From: Dehalococcoidia bacterium
Lineage (GTDB): Bacteria > Chloroflexota > Dehalococcoidia > UBA2979
Length of the DNA stretch: 64,000 nt
NCBI GenBank assembly: GCA_965219085.1
Contig: OZ244720.1
Coordinates: 2,336,001 to 2,400,000, forward strand
Reading direction: 5' to 3'
Below are positions 50,834-59,749 of the stretch, one piece after another. The notes beneath the pieces are model-generated. The model was given only the letters and a program-made list of their open reading frames with translations. It was not told the origin of the DNA and ran no database searches. The translations under genes were made by a program, and so were the position numbers. How positions within the stretch are numbered: position 1 is the first letter of the stretch; the number at the start of each line of letters is the position of its first letter.

Positions 50834-52924
50834 CTACCCCTGATCGTTTCCGGCCGGCCCCGGCGGTCCCGTCGGCGTCGGCTCGGGCGTTGGTTCTGGG
50901 GTAGGCTCGGGCGTCGGCTCCGGGGTTGGTTCCGGCGTCGGCTCAGGGGTCGGCTCGGGCGTTGGCTCCGGGGTGGGCTCGGGTGTCGGCTCAGGGGTGG
51001 GCTCGGGCGTCGGCTCCGGTGTTGCCTCGGGAGTGGGCTCGGGGGTCGGCTCGGGCGTCGGTTCCGGAGTGGGCTCAGGGGTCGCCTCGGGAGTCGGTTC
51101 CGGGGTCGCCGCGGCCTCTGATGTCGTGTCGTCCAAGGGTTCAGGTGTCGGCGTCGGCTCAGGGGTCGGCTCGGGCGTCGGTTCCGGCGTAGGTTCCGGC
51201 GTCGGACTCGTGGGAGCCGCGGCCGTGGGTTCGGGGTCGGCCACGCGCTGCGCGATCTGCTGGCCGACGAACACCACGCCGTCCGAGACGATCAGCGTCA
51301 CGTCGTACGTGCCGGCGCGCTGCGGCGCCCGCCACGCAACCAGGCCGCCAGTCCCCTCGATCTGGCCGCCGGACGCCGCCCACTTCGGGCGCAGGTACGG
51401 TCCGTGGGGCAGCAGCAGGTGCACTGCGTCGTCCTCGACGTAGTTGAGCACCACGTCCCACAGGTCGGGCAGCCCCGGGTCGGTCTGCGCCGCGCTGATC
51501 ACGACACCGCCGAGGCCGTAGCGGCTGGCGAGGTCGAGCCGGAACGCGGCCGAGTAGCGATTCTCGATCCAGACCGTGCGCGGGCCGCCGCGCGCCTCGT
51601 AGGCGAAGGTCACGACGCGTGCCCCGTTGTCCCAGTAGAGGCCGCTGTTGCCGGCGTCGCGGTCGAGGTTGACTGCGGCAACGGACACCACCTCGCCGGG
51701 TCCGATGGTCTCCGCCGCGCGGCTCTCCACCGTGCTCGCGAACGACAGCGCTTCGTGCAGCGTCAGCGAGCGCACGCCCTCGGCGGAGCGCTCCCGCGAG
51801 CGGCGGTCGAGCACGAGCGAGACGCGCCCGAGGTCCGTGCCGGCCGCCCGCTGCGCGCTGAGCGCTACCCCGACCTGGTCGTAGAAGAGGGTGCGGTTGG
51901 TCGGCGGCATCAGCCACACCTCGGTGGCCGCGGTGAGCGCATCCCAGTCGTAAGCGCCGAAGTCCGTGCCCGACGGCGTCGGCACGGTGACGACGAGGCC
52001 AAGGCCGCGCTCCTCGGCGCGCTCGGCGAGGGTGGCGACGAAGTCGCTGAACGCCTGGCGGCGCGCGCTGTCGAGCGCGAGGTACTCGATGTGGAGGCCG
52101 TCGGCCGCGGCATCCTCCGCGGCTGTGATGAGCGCGTCGGCGTGGTCTTCGGCGATGTCGGGGATCGTGAAGATCGCGTCGATGGTGGCTGCGTCGGAGG
52201 GCTCGGCGAGGTAGACGCCCAGGTAGACGTCCGCGCGGGTCGTGGCGCCCCGGGCGACGGTGAGCGCGCCGTCCGGGACATCGACGCCTCCCAGGGCTTC
52301 GCCGCCGGAGGGTGTCGCCGCGCGCACGCTGATGATGCCGGCGGCTGAGAGCGCCCCCACGTCGGGGGCCTCGCCCGGCTCGACGATGAGCGCCAGCGAT
52401 CGCGCGAACGTCGTGCGCGCCAGCACGGCGATGTTGGCCGGTACCTGGTCGACCTGCCCCTGCGCGGCGTTCCCGTCGTCGGTCAGCGCGATCGAGGCCA
52501 GGCGCGCCCAGTCGCCGTCCTCGTAGGTGTAGAACGCGAGGTGCTCGCTGCTGTCGGCCTGTTCGCTGAGCCGCACCGTGAGTGCGGCGGAGCCGGTGAA
52601 CTCGCCGTCGGTGGAGATGTCGTACAGCGCGCTGCGCGCGGTGAGGCCGGACGGCAGCGGCGGCAGATCGTCGCGGGCCTTCGTGCTGATGGAGGGCATC
52701 GAGTCGCCGTCGTCGCCGCGGTCGAGCAGCGAGATCGGGGGCAGCAAGAGCGCGGCAAGGATGATCCCGAGGACGGCGATGACGCCGACCACGCGCAGCA
52801 GGCCGCGGTCGCTCTCACCCTCGTAGCCGTCGTAGGGGTCGTATCCAAACTCGTCGTCGTCGCCGTCGAGGGGCTCGAACGGTTCGGAACCCGGGCGTGG
52901 GGACAGGGGATCCTGGTCCGACAT
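50834..52924 (-). CDS. Membrane-anchored surface protein with a degenerate GH18-like barrel and a PTPE-repeat tail
   Basis: TM helix near aa 42-62; 'ADGLHIEY', 'FGAYDW', 'VWIENRYSAAFRLDLASRYGLGGV'; Ig/PKD-like segment; (PTPE)n. Confidence 0.7.
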   Translation of the reverse strand: MSDQDPLSPRPGSEPFEPLDGDDDEFGYDPYDGYEGESDRGLLRVVGVIAVLGIILAALLLPPISLLDRGDDGDSMPSISTKARDDLPPLPSGLTARSALYDISTDGEFTGSAALTVRLSEQADSSEHLAFYTYEDGDWARLASIALTDDGNAAQGQVDQVPANIAVLARTTFARSLALIVEPGEAPDVGALSAAGIISVRAATPSGGEALGGVDVPDGALTVARGATTRADVYLGVYLAEPSDAATIDAIFTIPDIAEDHADALITAAEDAAADGLHIEYLALDSARRQAFSDFVATLAERAEERGLGLVVTVPTPSGTDFGAYDWDALTAATEVWLMPPTNRTLFYDQVGVALSAQRAAGTDLGRVSLVLDRRSRERSAEGVRSLTLHEALSFASTVESRAAETIGPGEVVSVAAVNLDRDAGNSGLYWDNGARVVTFAYEARGGPRTVWIENRYSAAFRLDLASRYGLGGVVISAAQTDPGLPDLWDVVLNYVEDDAVHLLLPHGPYLRPKWAASGGQIEGTGGLVAWRAPQRAGTYDVTLIVSDGVVFVGQQIAQRVADPEPTAAAPTSPTPEPTPEPTPEPTPEPTPTPEPLDDTTSEAAATPEPTPEATPEPTPEPTPEPTPEPTPEATPEPTPEPTPEPTPEPTPEPTPEPTPEPTPEPTPEPTPEPTPEPTPEPTPTGPPGPAGNDQG
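50870..51205 (-). repeat. Coding 12-nt tandem repeat (Pro-Thr-Pro-Glu) in two blocks
   Basis: About 25 PTPE/ATPE units with synonymous variation, interrupted by 'LDDTTSEAAA'. Confidence 0.95.
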
Positions 52925-52927
52925 GGC

Positions 52928-54064
52928 TTACTCCAGCCTCGGCGTTACGGGGATGACGAGTTGCTGGCCGCCCCGGAGCACGGTCAGTTCGGCGACCTGC
53001 CCCGGCGCGAGCACCTTCAACCGGTTGACGAACGGGTTTGCGAGGTCGACGGGCATCGAGTTCACCGCCACGATCAGGTCGCCCGTCTGCACTCCGGCGG
53101 CCTCCGCCGAGCTGCCGGGCTCGACGTTGGTCACGAGCGCGCCGGATAGCCGCGGGAGGCCCTCGGCCTCGGCCAGCTCCGGGGTCAACTCCATGTGCTG
53201 CACGAACGGGTACTCGATGCCGAGCCGCGGCCGGGGATGCACGCCCAGCGTGATGATGTTCTCGATGACGGGCCGCAGGCTGTCCGACGACTGCGCGAAC
53301 GCCACGCCCTCGACCGCCATACCCGTCGGCGTCTCGCGGACGACCGTGGTGAGCAGGCCGATGAGTTCGCCTGTGGCGCTGATCAGCGCGCCGCCCGAGT
53401 CGCCGAGGTTTACCGCGGCATCGGTCTGCACGAGGTCCTCGAGGACGACGCCGTTGCGCACCCACGATTGCTCCAGGCCGGAGACGACGCCGACCTTGAC
53501 GGAGTTGCCGCGGGTGAAGCCGGCCCCGGCGATGGCGATCACCGGCTGGCCGAGCCGCAGCACGCCGGAGTCCCCGAGGCGCAGGCTGCGCAGGCCCTGG
53601 CTGGGGATCGCCAGCACCGCGAGGTCGGTGTAGGGCGCGTCGTGCGCGACGAGGCGGGCGGGGCGCCGCTCGCCGTTGCTGAGCACGACGCTCATCTCGG
53701 ATGCGCCGCTGACGACGTGGAAGTTCGTGATCACGTACCCGGCGGTGTCGATCACCACGCCGGAGCCGACCGCGCGCTCCTGCGACATGCGGCCGCTTGC
53801 GTCGCGGCTGGCCGGTGTGTCGGCCACCACCGTGACCACGGCTTGCAGCGCGCGCTGGATGGCGGCGTCGAGGGCTGAAGCGGCGGCAGCACTCGCAGGT
53901 GCTTCGGTGGCAGGCACGATCGGCGTGGCCGTGGTCTCCGGCGGCTGCGGGGCGCCGTCGTCGAGCAGCAGCACGGTGACGCCGCCGGCGACGCCGCCGA
54001 CCGCGCCCGCGGCCACGGCGATCATCAGCGCGACGAGCACCGCGCCGGAGCTCCGGCTCTGCAC
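52928..54064 (-). CDS. htrA: HtrA/DegP-family serine protease with one PDZ domain
   Basis: N-terminal TM helix; 'GSGVVI..GYVITNFHVV', 'DLAV', 'QTDAAVNLGDSGGAL', PDZ 'GALVTNVEPGSSAEAAGVQTGDLI'; start uncertain. Confidence 0.88.
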   Translation of the reverse strand: MQSRSSGAVLVALMIAVAAGAVGGVAGGVTVLLLDDGAPQPPETTATPIVPATEAPASAAAASALDAAIQRALQAVVTVVADTPASRDASGRMSQERAVGSGVVIDTAGYVITNFHVVSGASEMSVVLSNGERRPARLVAHDAPYTDLAVLAIPSQGLRSLRLGDSGVLRLGQPVIAIAGAGFTRGNSVKVGVVSGLEQSWVRNGVVLEDLVQTDAAVNLGDSGGALISATGELIGLLTTVVRETPTGMAVEGVAFAQSSDSLRPVIENIITLGVHPRPRLGIEYPFVQHMELTPELAEAEGLPRLSGALVTNVEPGSSAEAAGVQTGDLIVAVNSMPVDLANPFVNRLKVLAPGQVAELTVLRGGQQLVIPVTPRLE

Positions 54065-54217
54065 TGGAGAGGGATTCGGCGAAACGATGGTGTGGCGTGC
54101 CCCCGGCCCGGGCCCCTGTCGTCCCGGTACCCCGCCGAGCGAGATTCTATCATCTGCTAACGCACTCTCGCAGGCTAGGGGGCGGGTGGTCCGCGAAAGC
54201 GGGCGGCGATCCTCACG

Positions 54218-54246
54218 TTGCAACGGGCAGGGGCGAGCGTTAACAT
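54218..54246 (+). promoter_or_regulatory. Sigma70-type promoter of the gre-like/lysS operon
   Basis: TTGCAA-N17-TAACAT in an otherwise very GC-rich context. Confidence 0.6.
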
Positions 54247-54375
54247 AGACATAAGTTCTATCGGGCCGCGTCGGCGGGGGTCATCGCCCTGACTCGTCCC
54301 GGTCCTCCCGCCGGCTGCCCACGCGGCCGGCGGTCACGTTGCGATGGGAAGACGCGGACTGTTGCGGGAGTCTCG

Positions 54376-54849
54376 GTGATGGAAGAGCACGTACTCGTCA
54401 CACGCGAAGGCATCGAAAAGCTCAAGCAGGAGTTGACCGTGCTGCGCACCAACGGCCGCGCCGAGGTGGCCGCGGCCATCCACGAGGCGCAGGAACTCGG
54501 CACCGCCCAGATCGACGGCCAATACGAAGACGCCAAGAACCGCCAGGCGTTCCTCGAGGGCCGCATCCTCGAGATCGAGAACATGCTCGAACGAGCCGAG
54601 GTGATCGACGAGGAGGCGGCGCACCGCTCGCGCGAGGTGCGCATCGGCTCGACAGTGACGGTGAAGATGCCGAGCGGCGCCGAGCAGGACTTCCAGCTCG
54701 TCGGCCCCGCCGAGGCGAATCCCTCCGAGGGCCGCATCAGCCACGAGTCGCCGGTGGGCCGGGCGTTGCTCGGCAAGAGGCGGAATGACAAAGTGGACGT
54801 AAGCACGCCCGGCGGCAACGCCACCATGACCGTCGTTTCCGTCCGCTAG
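54376..54849 (+). CDS. GreA/GreB-family factor lacking the canonical catalytic acidic residues
   Basis: 'VTREGIEKLKQEL...RAEVAAAIHEAQELG-TAQIDGQY-EDAKNRQAFLEGRI...IGSTV...LVGPAEANP..GRISHESPVGRALLG'; upstream of lysS. Confidence 0.88.
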   Translation: MMEEHVLVTREGIEKLKQELTVLRTNGRAEVAAAIHEAQELGTAQIDGQYEDAKNRQAFLEGRILEIENMLERAEVIDEEAAHRSREVRIGSTVTVKMPSGAEQDFQLVGPAEANPSEGRISHESPVGRALLGKRRNDKVDVSTPGGNATMTVVSVR

Positions 54850-54947
54850 CGACCGCTCGCGGACGCCGGCCGGGACACGCGGCGGCAACGAGAGCCGCCG
54901 TCGCTCCCACGATCCGCCGTCGACCCGGCGCAGCCCGAGGTGGCCAC

Positions 54948-56426
54948 ATGCCCAGCGAGCAGGAGCTGGTCGAACTGCGCCGCAGGAAGCGCGAGGCGCT
55001 CCTCGCCGAGGGTGACCCGTACCCCGCCACCATCAAGCGCAGCCACGAGATCGCGAAGGCGCGCGCGCTCTTCGAACGCAACGAGCGCGAGGGCCTCGAG
55101 GAGACCCGGCGCGCGCTCACCGTCGCCGGCCGCGTGATCGCGATCCGCGATATGGGACGCGCCGCGTTCATCGACGTGCGCGACGGCACCGGGTCGGTCC
55201 AGCTGCACTTGCGCCGCAACGTCCTCGGCGACGACTTCGCTCTGCTACCGCTCATCGACCTCGGCGACTTCGTCGAGGCGCGCGGGCGGGTGTTCCGCAC
55301 GCGCCACGGCGAGATCACGGTCGCTGTGCGGAGCTGGCGCGTGATCGCCAAGGCGCTGCGCCCGCCACCCGAGAAGTGGCACGGCCTCAGCGACGTGGAG
55401 ACGCGCTACCGGCAGCGTGAGCTGGACCTGATCGCCAACGAGCGATCGCGCGAGATCGCGCGCACCCGCGCGCGCGTCGTCAACGCGGTGCGGCGCTTCT
55501 TCGACGGCCGCGGCTTCATGGAGGTGGAGACGCCGGTGCTCCAGGAGCGCGCCGGCGGCGCCGCCGCCCGGCCGTTCTCGACGCACCACAACGCCCTCGA
55601 CCGCCAGCTCGCGCTGCGCATCGCCCTCGAGCTGCACCTCAAGCGGCTCATGATCGGCGGCTTTGACAAGGTCTACGAGATCGGCCGCGTCTTCCGCAAC
55701 GAGGGCATCTCGCACCGCCACAACCCCGAGTTCACGCTCCTCGAGTCCTACGAGGCCTACGCCGACTACCACGACGTGGCGCGCATGGTGGAGCACCTGA
55801 TCCGCACCGTCGTGAGCGATGTCACCGGCACGCTCGAGGTCGCGCACGGCGACCAGGTCGTGGACCTCGGCGCGCAGTGGGGGCGCACCACGTACCGCGA
55901 GGTGTTGCTGGAGCACACGGGCATCGACTACCTCGCGCACCCGGAGCCCGAACAGATGCGCACGCTCGCGCGCGACCGCGGCGTCGCGGTCGACGAGGGC
56001 GCCTCGTGGGGGACGGCGCTGGACGGGCTCATGTCGGCGTACGTCGAGCCGAAGCTCGTGCAGCCGACGTTCATCTTCGACTACCCCGCCGAGCTGTCGC
56101 CGCTCGCCAAGCGCAGGCGCGACGACCCCCGGCTCGTCGAGCGCTTCGAGCTGTTCGCGCTCGGCTACGAGCTGGCGAACGCCTACTCGGAGCAGAACGA
56201 CCCGGTCGAGCAGCGCCAGCGGCTGCAAGAGCAGGCGGCGATGGCGAGCGAGGGTGACGAGGAGGTCGAGGTGGCCGACGAGGCGTTCGTACGGGCGCTG
56301 GAGTACGGCATGCCGCCCGCGGGCGGGCTCGGCATCGGCATCGAGCGGCTGGTCATGCTCGTGACCGGCGAGCACTCGATCCGCGAGGTCATCCTCTTCC
56401 CCACCATGCGCGAGCCGGGCGGCTAG
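54948..56426 (+). CDS. lysS: Lysine--tRNA ligase (class II)
   Basis: '[15 protein letters not shown]', 'EVETP', 'GGAAARPF', '[12 protein letters not shown]', 'FRNEG', 'HNPEFT', 'LEYGMPP', 'IREVILFP'. Confidence 0.98.
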   Translation: MPSEQELVELRRRKREALLAEGDPYPATIKRSHEIAKARALFERNEREGLEETRRALTVAGRVIAIRDMGRAAFIDVRDGTGSVQLHLRRNVLGDDFALLPLIDLGDFVEARGRVFRTRHGEITVAVRSWRVIAKALRPPPEKWHGLSDVETRYRQRELDLIANERSREIARTRARVVNAVRRFFDGRGFMEVETPVLQERAGGAAARPFSTHHNALDRQLALRIALELHLKRLMIGGFDKVYEIGRVFRNEGISHRHNPEFTLLESYEAYADYHDVARMVEHLIRTVVSDVTGTLEVAHGDQVVDLGAQWGRTTYREVLLEHTGIDYLAHPEPEQMRTLARDRGVAVDEGASWGTALDGLMSAYVEPKLVQPTFIFDYPAELSPLAKRRRDDPRLVERFELFALGYELANAYSEQNDPVEQRQRLQEQAAMASEGDEEVEVADEAFVRALEYGMPPAGGLGIGIERLVMLVTGEHSIREVILFPTMREPGG

Positions 56427-56429
56427 CGC

Positions 56430-56891
56430 GTGGGCCGGCTCATCGAGGACATCCACATCCACGCCGCGGCCGACGAGGTCTTCGCACGCATCGCGGCAAC
56501 CGGGAGTTACGGGGAGTGGCTGCCTCGCTGCTTCCACGAGTTCGACGGCGACGCCGGCGGCGCACTCGCGTGCAGGCTCGCGCTGCCGCTGCGCAGCGAG
56601 GCGGTGCGGCTCGAGCCCGCACAGGTCGAGGCGCCGGCGTTGCTGCACTTCCGCTCGGCCGAGGGCGGCGAGGCGTTCGACTCGCTGACGTGGCACGTCA
56701 ATGCCGAGGGGCCGCGCGAGGTGCACCTGGAGCTGCAGGCCGTTTACACGCCCTCGGGTGGCTTCCCTGGCGCTCTGCTCGACATGCTGCTGCTGCGCTC
56801 CTACCGCCGGCAGGCGCTGCGCGACGCGCTGTGGCGGCTCAAGTACGTGCTGGAGGGCAATGCCCCGCCGAGCGAAGGCGACCAGGCGTGA
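56430..56891 (+). CDS. SRPBCC (START-like) family protein
   Basis: 'IEDIHIHAAADEVFARIA...YGEWLP' and a C-terminal helix 'LRDALWRLKYVLEG'. Confidence 0.75.
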   Translation: MGRLIEDIHIHAAADEVFARIAATGSYGEWLPRCFHEFDGDAGGALACRLALPLRSEAVRLEPAQVEAPALLHFRSAEGGEAFDSLTWHVNAEGPREVHLELQAVYTPSGGFPGALLDMLLLRSYRRQALRDALWRLKYVLEGNAPPSEGDQA

Positions 56892-57577
56892 GCCGAGCCA
56901 CCGAGGCGCTGATCTTCGACCTCGACGGCGTGCTCGTGGACTCCGAGCCCGTGCACTGGCGCGCCTCGCACCGCCTCTTCGCGCCGCACCAGCTGACGAT
57001 GGAGGAGTACGAGCCCTTCGTCGGGCTCGCCATCGCGCCATACATGACGTGGGCGCGCGAGCACTTCGACCTCGACGCGTCGGTCGCCGAGTTGATCGAG
57101 CGCTACGCCGCCGCCGTGACCGCCGAGATCGAGTCCGGCCCGATCCCACCCCTCGACGGCGCACGCGAGCTCATCGAGGCCGCGCGCGAGCGCGGGCTGC
57201 GCGTCGGGCTCGCCTCGCAGTCGATCGCGAGCTGGGTGCACCCCACGCTGCGCGCCGCGAGCCTGGACGGCTCGTTCGACGTGGTCGTCACCGGGGGCGA
57301 GGTCGACCGCGCCAAGCCGGCGCCCGACATCTACCTGCACACCGCGCGCCTGCTCGGCGTCGCGCCCGCGGCGTGCCTCGCGATCGAGGACTCGCCGGCG
57401 GGGGTGCAATCGGCAGCCGCCGCCGGGATGCTCGTCGTGCAGTCGCGGCAGGCGTCGAGCGCGGCGCCGCCGCAGCCCGCCGCACACGTGGTCGTCGGCT
57501 CGCTGCGCGAGGTGGACCTCGACCGGCTGCCGGAGGCGTCGGTCGCGTCGTTTGCCCGCCCCGAGGGGTCACGCTAG
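56888..57577 (+). CDS. HAD-family phosphatase
   Basis: 'IFDLDGVLVDSE', 'LASQS', 'KPAPDIY', 'AIEDSPAG..AAGM'. Confidence 0.92.
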   Translation: MSRATEALIFDLDGVLVDSEPVHWRASHRLFAPHQLTMEEYEPFVGLAIAPYMTWAREHFDLDASVAELIERYAAAVTAEIESGPIPPLDGARELIEAARERGLRVGLASQSIASWVHPTLRAASLDGSFDVVVTGGEVDRAKPAPDIYLHTARLLGVAPAACLAIEDSPAGVQSAAAAGMLVVQSRQASSAAPPQPAAHVVVGSLREVDLDRLPEASVASFARPEGSR

Positions 57578-57586
57578 GCTCAACCC

Positions 57587-58081
57587 GTGGACCGTCACTT
57601 CACCGTCTCCGGCTTCCTCTCGCACGGCGGGCGCACGGCCCTGCACTGGCATCGCCTTGGCCTGTGGCTGCCGCCGGGCGGGCACGTCCAGCCCAACGAG
57701 GACCCGATCGAGGCCGTGCTGCGCGAGGTCGAGGAGGAGACGGGCGTCGTCGCCGCCGTCGTGCCCACCGCGCGCCCCTACCCGCACGAGCTGCCTCGCC
57801 AGTTGCCGGCCCCCGCCACCATCGGCGTGTACGACATCGACGAGCCCGGAAACCCGCACCAGCACATCGACTTTGTCTACTTCACGCGCCCGGCGTCGAG
57901 CGATGTCCCCGCGCTGCCCGACACCGCCGAGGGCTGGCGCTGGGTGGACGCCGATACGCTGCGCGCGCCGGGCGTGGTGCTGGAGGGTCCCGGCGGCGCG
58001 GCCGAGGTCCAGGAGGACGTGCGCCGCCTCGCCCTCGACGCCATCGCGGCGGTCGAAATGCTCGCCGCCGGCGTCGCCTGA
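57587..58081 (+). CDS. NUDIX hydrolase
   Basis: Nudix box 'PGGHVQPNEDPIEAVLREVEEETG'; 'RHFTVS', 'HQHIDFVY'. Confidence 0.92.
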   Translation: MDRHFTVSGFLSHGGRTALHWHRLGLWLPPGGHVQPNEDPIEAVLREVEEETGVVAAVVPTARPYPHELPRQLPAPATIGVYDIDEPGNPHQHIDFVYFTRPASSDVPALPDTAEGWRWVDADTLRAPGVVLEGPGGAAEVQEDVRRLALDAIAAVEMLAAGVA

Positions 58082-58094
58082 CGGACCGGGCGCC

Positions 58095-59417
58095 GTGCTC
58101 TCGATCCGCACCATCCGCGAGCAGACCGACGAACTCCGCACCGTGTTCGCGCGGCGCGGCGTGGACGCACCCCTCGACGCCATCGTGGAACTCGACCGCA
58201 GCCGCCGCGAGCTGCTCACCGAGGTCGAGTCGATGCGCGCCGACCGCAACCAGGCGGGGCGGCGCATCGGCCAGACCCGCGACCCCGAGGAGCGCCAGCG
58301 CCTCATCGACGAGCAGCGCGCCGTCGCCGACCGCCTCGACACGCTTGAGGAGCGCCTGCGCGAGCAGGAGTCGGAGCTGCGCGCACGGTCGCTCGAGTTG
58401 CCGAACACGCTGCACGAGGACGTGCAGGACGGCGGCGAAGAGGCCGGCGACGTCATCCTCGAAGGCGTCGGCGCGGCGGAGCCGTCGCGCATCGAGCCGC
58501 CCGTGCCCGTCGGCGGGGCGTCGGAGCCCGAGGCAGTCGACGACCGTCGGCCGCACTGGGAGATCGGCGAGGCCATGGGGCTGATCGACTTCGAGCGCGG
58601 GGCGAAGATCGCTGGCTCGCGCTTCTACGTGCTGCGCGGCCAGGCGGCGCGGCTGCAGCGCGCGCTCATCGCGTGGATGCTCGATCTCCACGGCGAGCGG
58701 GGCTTCGACGAGGTCTATGTCCCGTTCGTCGTGAAGGAGGAGATGCTCGTCGGCACGGGCCAACTGCCGAAGTTCGGCGAAACGATGTACCACGACGCCG
58801 AGGACGACGTGTGGCTCGTGCCGACCGCCGAGGTCCCCGTCACAAACCTCTACCGCGACGAGATCCTCGACGGCGACGTGCTGCCGATCCGCCACGTCGC
58901 CTACACGCCGTGCTTCCGCCGCGAGCGCATGAGCGCGGGGCGCGACATCCGCGGCATCAAGCGCGGCCACCAGTTCGACAAGGTCGAGATCGTCATCTTC
59001 AGCGAGCCCGACCACTCGTGGGCCGAGCACGACCTGCTCCTCAACGAAGCGCTCGAAGTCGTGCGCCAGCTCGGCCTGACCTACCGCGTGGTGCGCCTGG
59101 CCGCGGCCGACGTCACACAGTCCTCGGCGATGACGTACGACATCGAGGTGTGGGCGCCCGGCTCCGGCGAGTGGCTCGAGGTCTCCTCGGTGTCCAACTT
59201 CCTCGACTACCAGGCGCGCCGGGCGAACCTGCGCTACCGCGACGCAGACGGGCGCGTGCAGCACATGCACACGCTCAACGGCTCCGGCGTCGCGCTCCCG
59301 CGCACGCTCGCGGCCGTGCTGGAGCAGTACGACCGCGGTGGGTACATCGAGGTGCCGGAGGTGCTGCGCCCGTACCTCGGCGGCGCCGAGCAGATCGAGG
59401 CCGAGTCCGTCCCCTGA
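58095..59417 (+). CDS. serS: Serine--tRNA ligase
   Basis: 'LPN', 'HWEIG', 'GSRF', 'GTGQLPKF', 'PTAEVP', 'CFRRE', 'RGHQFDKVE', 'YQARR', 'HTLNGSG'. Confidence 0.97.
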   Translation: MLSIRTIREQTDELRTVFARRGVDAPLDAIVELDRSRRELLTEVESMRADRNQAGRRIGQTRDPEERQRLIDEQRAVADRLDTLEERLREQESELRARSLELPNTLHEDVQDGGEEAGDVILEGVGAAEPSRIEPPVPVGGASEPEAVDDRRPHWEIGEAMGLIDFERGAKIAGSRFYVLRGQAARLQRALIAWMLDLHGERGFDEVYVPFVVKEEMLVGTGQLPKFGETMYHDAEDDVWLVPTAEVPVTNLYRDEILDGDVLPIRHVAYTPCFRRERMSAGRDIRGIKRGHQFDKVEIVIFSEPDHSWAEHDLLLNEALEVVRQLGLTYRVVRLAAADVTQSSAMTYDIEVWAPGSGEWLEVSSVSNFLDYQARRANLRYRDADGRVQHMHTLNGSGVALPRTLAAVLEQYDRGGYIEVPEVLRPYLGGAEQIEAESVP

Positions 59418-59445
59418 CGCACCTGTCCCCGCCCAGTCGGTCGGG

Positions 59446-59502
59446 TTGACAACTCAGTACGCACGTTCTATATTCCGAACACTCGTACGGGACAAGTGTT
59501 CT
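59446..59502 (+). promoter_or_regulatory. Near-consensus sigma70 promoter overlapped by three LexA-type (GAAC-N4-GTTC) boxes
   Basis: TTGACA (59446-51)-N17-TATATT (59469-74); boxes GTAC-GCAC-GTTC (59457-68), GAAC-ACTC-GTAC (59477-88) and GGAC-AAGT-GTTC (59490-501), each one mismatch from consensus. Confidence 0.75.
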
Positions 59503-59535
59503 GTGTCTCGTCGGGTTGGCGACGGGGGGTGTGGA

Positions 59536-59715
59536 ATGCTGTTCGGGATGATGCTCGGACTCGTCCTGGGCGCCGCGGCGGTGCTGCTCATCGAGCAGTG
59601 GCTGCGCGCCGAGTTGGTCGACTGGCCCGGCGCGCCGAGGCGGCTGAGTGGCGGGAGTCACCTCGGTGGCCGCGGCCGGGCCGTTGGGTCGCTGCACCGG
59701 CGGTGGTGGTCGTAG
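59536..59715 (+). CDS. Small single-TM protein (59 aa), putatively SOS-inducible
   Basis: MLFGMMLGLVLGAAAVLLIEQWLRAELVDWPGAPRRLSGGSHLGGRGRAVGSLHRRWWS*; G-rich RBS upstream; first ORF behind the promoter above. Confidence 0.6.
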   Translation: MLFGMMLGLVLGAAAVLLIEQWLRAELVDWPGAPRRLSGGSHLGGRGRAVGSLHRRWWS

Positions 59716-59749
59716 CGCGCGCGAGACAGGAGGTCGCTAGACTGGCCGC

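Noticed and set aside
50870-51205. Tandem repeat as a CRISPR array
   Set aside because: 12-nt coding units with synonymous variation, no spacers and no cas genes.
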